From contig OZ241829.1 in the NCBI GenBank assembly GCA_965202585.1, positions 49,228,001 through 49,292,000 of the forward strand: a stretch of DNA of 64,000 nt. The letters are read 5' to 3'. This document shows, in pieces, positions 35,880-48,300 of the stretch (the first letter of the stretch is position 1; each line of letters starts with the position of its first letter). This DNA is from Thalia democratica (Eukaryota). The notes under the pieces were generated by a model that saw nothing but the letters and a program-made list of their open reading frames with translations, had not been told where the DNA came from and made no database searches. Made by a program: the position numbers and the translations under genes.

Positions 35880-38800
35880 CGAAAGTTTTAAATAGAAATA
35901 ATGTCTTTACTACTTATTGTTCAGTTCAAAGTAAAATAGTTTATAAGCAAAAATGTTATCCTAATGCAAAAATTTTTATCTTTTCTGTATGTTAAGTAAC
36001 TTCTCGCTTGAGTATGCACTACTGGTTCAGTTCGCACATTGTAGCCAAAAAACGATACCTGAAAGTAGCAGTACAGGATTATTATATATTAAAATATTTT
36101 TTATGTATTAAAGTTGCATAAAACAAAAACTAAAGGAGTCTTAAAAAGTTGTTATCAACTCAAAAGTTGTACATCAAATGCTATATTTAAAACAAACACA
36201 TCACAGTTTATATAATATAAAAACTAACAGTGCCCTATACAAGACGTTAAAAGGTATCCGTGGTGTACGACTCGATAACCAAAAGGTTCTTCGTGCACCA
36301 GGTCTTAAGACCAAATATTTTTAGCGCTTTTTTTCGTTTAATAAAAAATAAGAGTGCAATTGACACTTGCATATCTAATCATTAAATCATTGGAATAAAG
36401 AATATTTTTAGCTTTATGTTAAAATTTAGACAAACGAAAATAAGGATCAATTCAATAGACATTTACATACTCAATAATTGAAACATAAATATAAAAAACA
36501 TATAAAAAGTTATAATATATTTTAGTTATCTAACGAAAATAATGAACAATGTAATTGAAATTAATTTAGAACTAGATGCTCTTGTAAACGGGGACGTGTA
36601 AAATATGCACGAAGACACTTTTGCACAAAGGGTCAAATATGCACCAAGGGTCACTTTTGCACGAAGGGCCATTTTTGCACGAGAGCAAAAAAATTAAAGT
36701 AAAAAAAAATAGTAATAATAAATTATTTGAAAAAAAACCGACCAAAGGTAAGGGTTAAAAATAACAGTGATAAAACAAAAAACAAAAAGGATTATTTTTT
36801 TTTAAATACCGACCAAGGGTAAGGGCTAAGGATAACAGTAATAGCAAAAAAGAAATAAAAAAAAATAAAAAACAAATTGTAATTATTGAAAAAACTATAA
36901 CAAGCATTAAAAATAAATAAAAACCAAGTTACTGACCAAAGGTAAGGGTTAGAGGTAACAGTGATAGTTGAAAAGTATAAAATATAAATTAATTTCTTAA
37001 AAAATAAGGTAAAGTAAAACAAAAAGTTACCGACAAAGGGTAACGATTACAGGTAACAGTTATGGTAATAATAAAAAATATAACTAAACAAAATTAATAA
37101 ATCAATTATAATAAAATTTACAATTTAACCCGTACAAAAAAGTCTTTAAACAAAAGTGTTCCTTTGTGCATATTTGATACCTACCCCTTGAAACATGTCT
37201 GTTAGTGGAGCTTGTCATTTAGATATATCAGATACTTTTTTTTATTTGCAAATTGCTTTCAATATATTCTGAAATGTTTAAAAGCTAATTTAGCTCTCTT
37301 TCGTTGTTTTTACCGGCAGCTACTTGCATTTCTACTAAAGACAGCTCTTCTTCTAGAATGACAGTCTTTGTGTAAACGTTATCAAAAGTACTTTCAGCTT
37401 TGAAAGTATGACTGTTGCTACCAACATCAACTAGCTCATCCTAATCTGATGTTATATTATATTCTTAATTTACTATTGCTGTTCAAAAAACGGTTTGCAT
37501 CTTCTGATATTGTTTCTTGGAACTTTTGACTTTTTCATCATCTATGCCTAAAAATTCCTCAATATCTTTATGTGTGGCTTTAATGTTAAATTTTTTTTTA
37601 ATCGCAAAAAATCATTGTTTTCAAAGGTCCCTGTGACAGCATCACTTAAACTTATACTTATTTCTGTCTTTTGTTTTTGTGGTGAATGTTTTGTTTTTGG
37701 GATCTTTTATATTATAGTAATCAGTAAATTTTAGTGGCTTTTAAAGTATTTGTGTTTGGTTTAATTTAAGTAAATAGTGACCAGGATTTCCTGAGTGCGT
37801 ACTGCCAGTTGGCTATGCACTTTTGCGCTGTGTTCAAAGTGCATATCAAGAGGTAGGTAACTTTAATTTTAAAATGAGTAAAAATGGCTACTCAGGCTTT
37901 ATGGTAGTTAACTAGTATTATAGTTTGTTGAACGACATATAAAAGCATAAAATATTTGGTTCCAGGACCTGGTGCACGAAGATCTTTTCAGTTATCGAGG
38001 TCGCACACCACGAATACCTTTAACATCTTGTCCAGGACAACACTGTATGTATAGTAGAAAAGTATAACTGTATACACATAACAGAAAAGATTTTCAAAAC
38101 ATGAATGTGTGACTAAAAATAAACTTTAATATCAGTTATCATCGACATTAGGCATTTGAGGTATGTATGGAAAAAAAAAATTCCAAAGTGTAACTTAACA
38201 TTCTCCTTTTATTCAAGTTGAGAACTTTGATTGCCAATCTTAAAGTATAAAATACCCAAAGTGTAACTTAATAGTTTGATTTTCAATAAGCTTCTTTAAA
38301 GTCCTTAATTTTTAAAACTTAAACGTGCACAACTTTTATTTTCTTTTTTGTGATATCAGTTTCTACTTTGTTTTAGTTTTTATTCAGTGAGTTTTAGTAA
38401 ACTTTTATTAAAAATAAAAAAAATTAGGATCTAGTTTAAAGTACTTGATTTTTATAAGTAAATTATTATTATCTATAAGCAAACTTAAACAAGTTCAACA
38501 CGCAAAAGCTAATTCTTTTTTATGTTTTAATCAAATATTTTAAAGTGTTATACTTATAGTTTTAGTTATGTATAATATTTAAATGTTGATAAAATATTTA
38601 AAAATGTTCAATAACACTTCTCTATCCTAATTTTCAATTTGTTTTTTTTTTACCATGTATTGGTTCCTAGGCCTTTAATGAAATTGAAAGATTATTCTTT
38701 TTTTTTATATTCTTACATGACTTGATTCGAATCAGAATGACTACATTCTAAATTAAAATTTTAAAAGAAATAAAATATTTCAATAAATTTTTTGATTTCT

Positions 38801-39514
38801 AAAAATATTTCTATTATTAATGAGTTTTAGCCAAAAGTATTTATTTGTAGGTTTTTAAATATGATAGCATTAACTAAAAAACTGAAAACATTTTTGCAAA
38901 AGTTTTAATTTTAATGATATATGCTAACAAATATTCTCGTTTTTTTTTAAGTTTAAACTAGCTTGGATAAATTAATGTCAAATTTTAACTATAAAATCAA
39001 ACTGGACTGGACAATGTAATTACAAGCAAAACAGTTATCAAACTAAACATGATAATTTAATGTTTTAATTTTAATGATTTTTAAACATGATTTTAAACAT
39101 TATTTTTAAACATGATAATTTAACTAAACGTGTTTTAATTTTACTTTAAATATGCTAAAGTTTTTCATAACATAGATTTTTGAGTATAAAACTTTTATTA
39201 TATTAATTAAATTTGTTTTATATTTATAACTAATAAAATTATATCAAAAAGCATGGTTTCTCAAAATGTGTTCGAGTACAAAAAAGTACTTCGTTTTTTA
39301 TTTTTTGTACGAAAAAAACTTTTATAATTATACTCGATAATTGCAAAACAATGAAAAAAGTCTTATTTTATTACACTTTACTTTTTTAACAACTTTTTGT
39401 TTTTTTTTTGTTTTTGTTTATACTAATAAAGTATTAAAATTACTTTGGTAATGAATCTTATCAATTTTAACAGCAAAAACTTTCTTTTCTAGTAATCAAC
39501 TTTTAACACTATAA

Positions 39515-39615
39515 GTGGTGTGCGACTTAATAACTGAAAAGAGTCGAAAGGTATGTTCAACAAGTCCTTAGACCAAACTTTTCTCAGCGCTTTTCTATCG
39601 TTTTATAAACAACAT
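39515..39615 (+). repeat. Diverged family H repeat containing the right duplication breakpoint
   Basis: gtggtgtgcgacttaataactgaaaagagtcgaaaggtat|gttc...agtccttagaccaaac...tatcgttttataaacaa; truncated at 25045 in unit 1. Confidence 0.65.
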
Positions 39616-40270
39616 ATTTCAAAAAGCTTGAAAAGCACGACACAAAGTCTGACTTTTTATTTATTTGTTTTTATTTATTTTTTTTAATAAAAAAACATCA
39701 GAACTCACTCTCCTTGCTTGTAGAAGCACGTTTCTTGTACAAAAAATACTAACTTAAACTAATTTTAAAATGTAAGTGTATTGAATTATTACTTTTAATG
39801 TAAAATTTAATTTAAAACACAAACTATATACTTCTATGTTAAATTTAATAAATATAAGCTTAGTATAGCGTTTTAAATTTTCTTAACGCTAAAATTATAA
39901 TTTAAAAAGTTTTACAACTATTAGTAGAGTAGATTATTTCAGTTCTTTATGTATAAAGTAAACATTTAGCAAATACATGATTATCTTTATACCTTTTCAT
40001 CAAAATTTGTTTGTTTAGTTTTACTTTTAAAATACTTGTATTAATTTTAAATAAAATTTGAAAACAAAAACTTAATTAACTAAAACATTTTAAATGTTTC
40101 ATTCTAAATAAATAAAATGTTGGAATATTTTTCTTTGTTGTTTGTAAAGAATTGTTTTTTTTCTGTCATACTTCAAACCTTCTTTGTGTATTTTTTTTAT
40201 AAGAAACGTTTAATCTCGGTTGTATTTTTTCTATATATAATATATCCAGTAATAAAAATGATGTACATTT

Positions 40271-40600
40271 TGTCCTGAACAAGACGTTACAGTTCTGGAC
40301 AAGACATACAGTCCTGTAAAGACGTTATAAGGTATCCGTGGTGTGCGACTTGATAACCGGAAGGTTCCTTGTGCACCAGGTCCTAGGACAAAATACTTTG
40401 AGTGTCTTTTTTTGTCGTTCAAAAAATTTAATTTTGAATGGTGTAATTGTTTCACATACGCTTAGATGTTTATAAATGTCCTCGACAAGTTATTAATCTG
40501 TATTGTAGTGTATAACTCGATAACCTAGGTTTTTTCATGCACCAAGTCCTTGTACTAAACTTTGTTTGGGGTTTATTTTTTGTCGTTCAATGAACAATTA
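40271..40600 (+). repeat. Two family H copies, the first with a triplicated 5' start
   Basis: tgtcctgaacaagacgtta / cagttctggacaagacata / cagtcctgtaaagacgtta, then the full hairpin at 40340-40377; second copy at about 40500-40596. Confidence 0.7.
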
Positions 40601-42267
40601 ATTAAAGTAGAATTTGTAAAGCTTGTTACTAGGTATTATAAAAGTCATAAAGCCTGAAAATAAACAAATAATTATTCACATCATCGTAAAGTTTGTTATT
40701 TTTTTCGTTTATTTACAGATAGTATGAGAAAACTAAAATCATAGTATTACGTACTTTTACATCTACAAAAACTTTTTTTTATTGTCGAAGTGGAGAAAAA
40801 CGCTTTTTTGATAAAAGTGTTTTGGGTTAAAACTGTGTTCAGAGCTACATTACATTCAGTATTAAACTCGATGTCTTGTGACTTCAATTTATACAAAGAT
40901 CTTTCACACATGAGTAATTGCTCTTTTTTACATATTTGCATAATATATGAAAGTCTGCATTTAAAAATTAAATCAATTATTTGTCAAGTGTCACAAGTTG
41001 TGACTCACTAATCTATTGATGCATTTAGTTTGACAAGTTTTATTTCAACTGTTTTAAGCTCACTTTAATAACTTAAATTGAATATGTCATTCAATGAAAA
41101 ATTTAGTACTGAAAGAAGTCTCACCAGGGTTTTTTTGATAAAGGGTTAGGATTAGTTTTTAGTTTTATCTAGGTTAGTTAAAAATGAAAGTTTGCTTTTA
41201 TTTTGTTTATAGATGATTTTGTTTTGTTTTTAATTAAAAGGTTAAATTTAAAAAATAAATTTAAAGATAGGGCAGGTGGAATAACACATGATAAGCTTAA
41301 ACTCACTTACTTGACCATCAGAAAACGTTTATTGTTGCTGAGGGGAGAGTCAGTTTTGATGTTTTTCTAACTTAAAAAAAAGTCAACACTTTTTTTTTTG
41401 TTTAAAATAATTAGCATAATGTAAACTAGTAGTCTTAAACCTTTCCAAAAGCTGTTCATAATAATTTTTTTAAAAGTAAATTATGTGCACATTAAACTTT
41501 GAAAATATATAATATTAAAAAAGACTGTTTTTATTTTATATTTTTTTATGGTAGAAAAACATCATACTTCCTCTTCTCTCTACAACATAAACGTTTTCTG
41601 TGTCTCATTTTATTATAACTTATGTTACAACTGTTTTTTATAATAGATAACAACAAAAAATCTCACTTTAAAATTGTTTTCAACTTGATCAGTTTGCTAT
41701 ACTGAGTAAAATTATTTCTGTGCGTAGTGCTGCTCACAGACCACTGATGTAAACTAGCTCATCTGGCTTTTTTTTTTTTTATATTGATTAACTGAAAAAT
41801 ATAAACAGATTCACAATAACAAAAATTCAGTATCTTATTACTTCATATGTGTTGACCATCTTTTAATGTTCAACTCAGAAAGTTTTCAAAGCCATCATTG
41901 GGATCCCTATGCCATCAGACCACACAATTTAATCAATTAGTTTCTAAGATTTAATTTTAATTCAAATGTATGTATGTTTTTTAATATTAGTTCTATTTTA
42001 CTTTTACCAAATATAGTTTTAATTACACTTATTTTACTTAAATTTTTTCCATCATTAGACAACTTTTTGTTTGGGTTTTGTCAAAAATTTCAATGCATTT
42101 AAATATTTTATTAATTAAATAAGTAATCTACTGTATCTATATGACTAAGGGTTTTCCTACCTAGTAACACATAAAGTTATTACAAAAGTTGAATTGAATA
42201 AATTCAAATAGTTAATATAGTTATTCCTAGGCTAAATAGCAAACTGAAGTATAATTATTACTATAAT

Positions 42268-42741
42268 CAGGGTTGCCAAAAACTTAGAAAAACCAGGGAA
42301 TTTATAATTTGGGCAAAAAAAGCCTGGAATTTAATAAATAAATAAAAACTTTTGTTTTCAACAAAGTTTACAAAAAACTTGAATTTCAAGATATGTTTAC
42401 ATGAAAAATATTGAAATTTTGATAAGATACAAAAAACATATCTAATACAATAACTTTTTTGTATTATTTAGAACTTTTTATTATTATAACGCACTTTTAA
42501 AGTAAAATTACAGTATCTTTTTAATAATTTTACATGATAAGTGTCTAAGACAGTTTTTTACTTTGAAATTATTTTTATTCTTAAAATGGACAAAACTTTT
42601 AAAGAGCAAAACAAAATAATATGTTTAACTCTAAAAAAGACATTTTTAAGTAAATAAAATAACCAAGGAAACTTTTACTTTCAATAGTTTAGAAGAAATT
42701 TTAAAAACCTGAAAAAATCTTAAAAACCTTTGGCAACCCTG
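42268..42741. mobile_element. Probable hAT-type MITE
   Basis: 13-bp TIRs CAGGGTTGCCAAA; subterminal aaaacct/aaaccagg repeats; no clean TSD. Confidence 0.7.
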
Positions 42742-43974
42742 CATAATGAAATAATGGATAAAGTATCTTAAATCATAAAACAAAAGGTTTTTCTTTGCTA
42801 TAGCCATTAGAATAAATCTTTCAGCAAGTAAAATATTTTAAATCTGCAACCATTATTGAATTCCTTAATCAAAGGGTCAGAAGTTGAAATAATATTAATT
42901 AAAGATTTTTTTTAATATCAGACTAGTTGAAGAAACATTTTGGTAAAATTAAGAATACCACCAATTTCAACTGAAAAAAAACATTATTTTAAGTTTTATA
43001 GTCTTGAAATTAAGTTTGTAGATTTATTTTAGCTTACTACACCCATAATTTTTTTTTATAAACTTGTGTTAGCAAATTTGAAAATGAACTTTTAAACTTT
43101 ACTTTATAAATTGTCATATCTAGCTGATGTTCATAAATTACTTGCTAGTAGTCTACTAATATAGATGCTAACAAAACAAGTTTATTAGAATATACAATAA
43201 AAATAACAATTTGCAAACTATTTTACTATGGAAAGCTTAATGAATGACTCTGTTGAACTTAATTTTTTTAACATAGAGAAATTATGTCAGTTGATTAAAG
43301 CAAGTACTATGCAAAACGTTTTTATTATCATATCTAGCTCATAAATAACTTAGAAGCAGTTTATGTAGAAAAGGTTTTAGAATAGACCTAATAGAATAAA
43401 AATTATTAAAAACACACTAGTTAACTAATAAACTATTTCATATATATAAAAAACCCTATGGCTTCATATGCTAAAAGTCAGATTGTTATATTTATTTCTC
43501 TTACAAAGGTACAATGAATATGGTTTTATAGCTATTTTAAATTACAGTGTAAAAGCAAGTAATTATTTTAAAGCACTGGTTTCAGTGATTGATGTAGATT
43601 TGTAAAATAAAAACAACAAGGTTTAAAATTTAGTATTTGAACCTGTAAATTTATATTTATATAACACTTTAAAAATTATTTTTTGCAAATTTAAAAGTAT
43701 TTTTTTATTGACCTATATTTTATATTTTAAAAATTCATTTAAGAGACAGTTATTTTGATAAAAAATTTTAGGTTCTTCTATAGCCCTAATGTCAAAAACA
43801 GTAAACTAGCTCGCAATTTAATACTAAAAAATGCTATAAATCTATAACAATACTGTTTAGTTAGATTATTTTTAGTTATTATTTATTTCGGCCATCGTCA
43901 ACAAGTTGAGATGTTTTATGCCATCGAATATAAATAATGAACGTCACCGCACAATCAACAACAACAGCATCCGA

Positions 43975-44030
43975 GACAATCCTACGAGACCGGTTTCGTC
44001 CTTATTAGGACTCATCAGGCAGGAATAGTT
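43975..44030 (-). ncRNA. Inverted second hammerhead copy with a 2-nt (UC) insertion at the cleavage site
   Basis: Reverse complement reads AACUAUUCCUGC-CUGAUGA-GUCCUAAUAAGGAC-GAAA-CCGGUC-UC-GUAGGAUUGUC. Confidence 0.75.
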
Positions 44031-44288
44031 GCAAGAAACCGTTGTTGTGGTCTAACCAAGCGGGCTTAAGTACGAAGTTGACGACTTGTTGACAATGGCC
44101 ATAATAAATACTGGCTAAAACTGATAAAACAAGCGTGGAGAGTAAAATCTCACATTAAGCTGACAATGTCTAAGACGTTGGGCTGTGAAGATTTACCTGC
44201 GTCAATTTTTTGGACTTTACCCACAAACGGTCGCTTCAGTACTTCAAACTTAAGCCCGCTTGGTTAGATCACAACAGCGGTTTCTTGC

Positions 44289-44342
44289 GACTATTCCTGC
44301 CTGATGAGTCCTAATAAGGACGAAACCGGTCGTAGGATTGTC
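44289..44342 (+). ncRNA. Type I hammerhead ribozyme with intact core
   Basis: GACUAUUCCUGC-CUGAUGA-GUCCU(AAUA)AGGAC-GAAA-C(CG)G-UC/GUAGGAUUGUC: stem I with an internal loop, 5-bp stem II, palindromic ACCGGU stem III, GUC triplet; predicted cleavage after 44331. Confidence 0.88.
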
Positions 44343-44930
44343 TTGGATGCTGTTGTTGTTGATTGTGCAGTGAAGTTCATTGTTTATAGTTAGATTATTG
44401 TAAGACATGTACTTTACCAATCAAACTATATTAATAAATGTTAAAATTCAGATTAATTAACAGATATTTTTGTATTTTGTGTGTTTTGTATTTTCACCTG
44501 TAAGAGAAATTCCTTTCATTTTCAACACTTTAAGATACCAAGTAAGCAAATGTAAGTTTTTTTAATTGTTTTCTTTCAAGTTTTATTAATTTGTTTAATA
44601 CTATAAAATACATTAAAAATAAGCTACAAAGTTTTTTTACTATGTAAGCAAAATTGTTTTAGTAGTATTTTCTTTCAAATGAATTATTATTATTTTTTTT
44701 TTTACTTATTTCTATACCCACACAAAGTCACACAAAATATTTCTACAATTTATTAACGTTGTAATAGTTAAATACTTCTTCTTTTTTTTAAGTTAGTTTT
44801 CAGTGTATTTATTTGTTAGCTATAACTGTATTATTTTAGATGAATCAATAAGCAAGGAGTTCACTTATATTTCTTCTTACTTGGCTTCTTAAAGGATATT
44901 TAAGTGAATGACGTACTGCAATACATAGGA

Positions 44931-45355
44931 ATGGAGGCTTCTATGTCATTATGTCACTTTTGTGATAACCACGGTCCTACTGTAATGTTAACTACTCAAA
45001 AGATGTCAACAGTTTTGTATGAAAACGAACATTTTCAGCATGCAAGTGATAGTGGATTTAGCTCATCATCTAACAGCCCATCATTGACCAGTGGTGGCAG
45101 TTCAAATAGCTCACTTGCTGATGAAAATAAAAACAATTGTTTAAAAAATGAAGTTTTAGGTTTTAGTTACTTTGATAACTCTTCTTCAACAACTTCTTTA
45201 AGATCTTCAACTTCAAAAAATATAGATCCTTGTGACCTTTGTGAATCACTTCCTACTCTCCAAGACAGTGAAAAGTCTGTTGGTTTTGTCACCCATGATA
45301 AAAACCTTTCTATTACTTATGTTACCTCAAGACAAGCTTCAAATATAATTACAAG
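44931..45355 (+). CDS. FLCN: FLCN coding exon 1
   Basis: ATG at 44931 aligns with the orthologous start; donor gtttgt at 45356. Confidence 0.9.
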
Positions 45356-48300
45356 GTTTGTTTAGTACAAAACTCTTTTTTTTTTTCTTCAAAACTATCA
45401 GTTTGATGAAAACTTCTGTATTAAAGTTATTGGTTTAAAATCTGCTATATAAATTTTTAATACTTTTTGTTGGAAATATTCTCTCAATATAATGTATTTT
45501 TTTTTACTGAAAATGTACAAGTGTTTCGAAAGAAAGTAATATTTTTTTAAATTTAAATGAAAATAATACCTTTTTAAGGTTGTATTTTTATGTTATGTTG
45601 CTTTTATTTATTAAAAAAAATCAGTGGTAGGTGTTTGGTATAGTTTACTTTTGTGTACTATTAACCTATTTCTAAGACAGTTTTCTGTAAAAAACATGTC
45701 TAAGTGTTGTTCAATTAAACACTTGAATAATATTTGTTTGTAAAAAGAAGGTAAAGTATTATAAACTGTCCGCAATCAATTTGGTTGTTGAATAACTTAA
45801 GTATAAGCCTGGGTTGCCACACATTCAGGTTACTCAGTATACTATATGGCTCATTAACTACTTTTAAATATTTGTTACAGGCAGTTGTTAAGGCAAGCAT
45901 CTATTGCAAGCTTAACAAGTGAGGTGTGTCCAAGTAAAGAAGGAGCTTTTATGTTTGGCTTACAAAATGACTGCTATGTTATAGCCTATTTGTTCTCATT
46001 AAAAGATTTTCAATCTAGAGGAAGCAAACGAATTTACACACTTATTTACACATCCAGTGATAAAGTTTTTTTGATGCAATCATTTCAGTTTATCAGCAGC
46101 TGTATGGATGCTATTGTGAAATATCTTAAAGTTAGTTATTGAAACTTTTTATTCAAATACTGAACTAAAAAACTACTATTTTATATTAAGTTACAAATTA
46201 TTGTAAGTGTTACTTATCGTTTTTCAATGTATGAAATGATTTAAAACAAAAAAAAAACATTGTTTGTATCAAATGTATAAAGAAAAACTAATTAGTTTTT
46301 AATTTTCTAAGCAAATATCTTGAAGAAATTTTTCTATACGTTTTTCCTTTTTGTTAAAAACTATATACTTTTAAAGCTTTCAATGTTTGTTTATAATACT
46401 TACAAATGTTTTATTGTTATTTAGTCTAAATGTTTTATTCTAAGAAAAATTAGATAGTTTATTAATTATAAGCGGAAATTCTACAGTATTGAAAGTTAGT
46501 TTAATGTTCAACAAAATAATAATCCGCTTATGTCATAACTTTTTATCATGACAATAAATTAAACCAAATTTCATTCGAACATTTTTAGTTTTTTTAGTTT
46601 TAGTAAAACAGTATAATTAAAGGATAGTTACAAATATTTTTTTATAAAAAAGGAAAAAAAATGTTAAATTCAAAGCAAAAGTTTCATATTATATTTTTTA
46701 TACTTTGTTTAATTTTTAGTTGAAATTAGTCAAGCTGTTTTTACGCGCTTAGTCTTGTGATTTAAAATATGATGCAGTCACGTGTTTAGTTGTAAAGTTA
46801 CTTAGGGGTTGCAATTTTTATCAATTTAAATATTATGTTAAGTTAAATATTATGCTTTTGTTTTACTGATGCGCTCTTAAACAATGTTGTTTATGGTAAT
46901 ATAGTATATAAATTATCTAGAGAGTGGTATAGTAAAAAATAATAATATACTACATAAATATTTCTCAATACATTGTAGTTTAAATAAGTTTACTTTGGTA
47001 ATAAATAAATATTTTTCGAAGCATTTATTAAAATTTGCAAAAGAAAAGTTAAATTTCAAAACCTTGCTTGTTCGTATTTTTAATAAAACCTTAAGTTTTT
47101 TGTAGTTATATGCAGTTCAAATAAGTTTTTATAACCACAATTATTTAAAAGTTGTATTGGGAACTTAAAATCATTTGTCAACAATAATTAATTTTAGATT
47201 TTTTTTTTGTTTGAATATAAAATTTCATTTTATAAGACGTATTATGCTTACTGGTTTGATAATAATTTTAATTGGTTTACATACTAGTAAATTATACCGA
47301 AGTACTTGTTAATATAAAATACTTTTGTTTTCTCCTACCGCTTAAGTTATGCATGATTTAATAATAATCAAGTTTAGTTTTGTCTATTTTAAATATAAAA
47401 ATATTAAGTTCTTATAATAATAAATTTTTGTAGAGTTAATATTCAAATACAAACTGAAAAGTTTTAGTTTTTAATTAGTTTATATAAAACTATCATTTAT
47501 TAAAAAAAAAAGTTAAACAGCAATGTTCTAAAAATATCTTTTTGATTTTAAAGTTAATTAACAAAAAAAAAGTAATTTGATGTTATTTTACTATATCTAG
47601 CAATCACAAAAGTTTTAATCTTCGTGACAATTTCAATTGCTTTATGTCAACATGTTTTTCAAGAGTAGTTGAAACTATTTGCTGTTTAGTGTACTGTATA
47701 ATTATACTATATTTTTAGAAATGTTCAGAGAAGGTTTTTTCTAAAGAAACTTCAGCCCAAAGACAATGCAGATTCAATTTTTGCGGTGCTTCTATCAGTT
47801 CTTATATAATGTCTAATGTTCAAAACCATTCACAACGCATGACTACCGCAAGACCACTCACCCAAATTTGTAATTTAACTGGTAAGCTTTTTAAAAAACA
47901 ACCTAATTTTAACATTTGTTTTGATAACTTAGATATCTGATTGTCATCAAAACTTTTAAATATTTCTTTTTAGATGTTGATTATTGAAAGTGTTGTTAAA
48001 TTTTGTTGAATAATAACGAGACGAACAAAGTAATATTAAATTGTTCTTGAGATAAACATTTATATCTAAAATAAATAGATTTCACTGGCCGCAATTTTTT
48101 TGAATTATTGTAGTGAGTTATATAAAAACTCTTCTAAACCAAAAACATAATGCAATAAAAGGCACTTGTAAAGATTAGTCATTAAATTGAGAGCATATTA
48201 GTAAGTTTTTACCATAAAGACCTTTTTTTTTGTAAATGATATAGTTTAGCTGAAAATTACTTTGCGGCCATAGAATTTGGTTTTTGAGTCCTGCGGGCCG

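Larger units (their letters stand above)
11258..39554. repeat. Head-to-tail tandem duplication: unit 1 11258-25045, unit 2 25044-39554
   Basis: The ORF track repeats with offsets 13786, then 14543/14542, then 14509. Junction gaaaggtAT|ttaatc shares a 2-nt AT microhomology. Differences noticed: a 757-nt TE indel, a 34-nt deletion, at least 4 substitutions (14061C/28603T, 15252T/29795C, 16196T/30705G, 22354T/36863A) and homopolymer indels. Confidence 0.95.
43907..44390. mobile_element. 5'-truncated Penelope-like 3' end (about 44130-44390, +) with an inverted pseudo-LTR copy (43907-44071, -)
   Basis: Plus strand QAWRVKSHIKLTMSKTLGCEDLPASIF resembles a PLE GIY-YIG C-terminus and is followed by a hammerhead-bearing segment; about 140 bp is repeated in inverted orientation at roughly 90% identity by eye. 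Confidence 0.7.

Noticed and set aside
40747-41011. Overlapping opposite-strand ORFs
   Set aside because: No recognisable motif; probably decayed TE or background.
44904-44930. GTG start of the 153-aa ORF as the FLCN start
   Set aside because: ATG 44931 aligns residue for residue with the FLCN N-terminus; the upstream codons are probably UTR.
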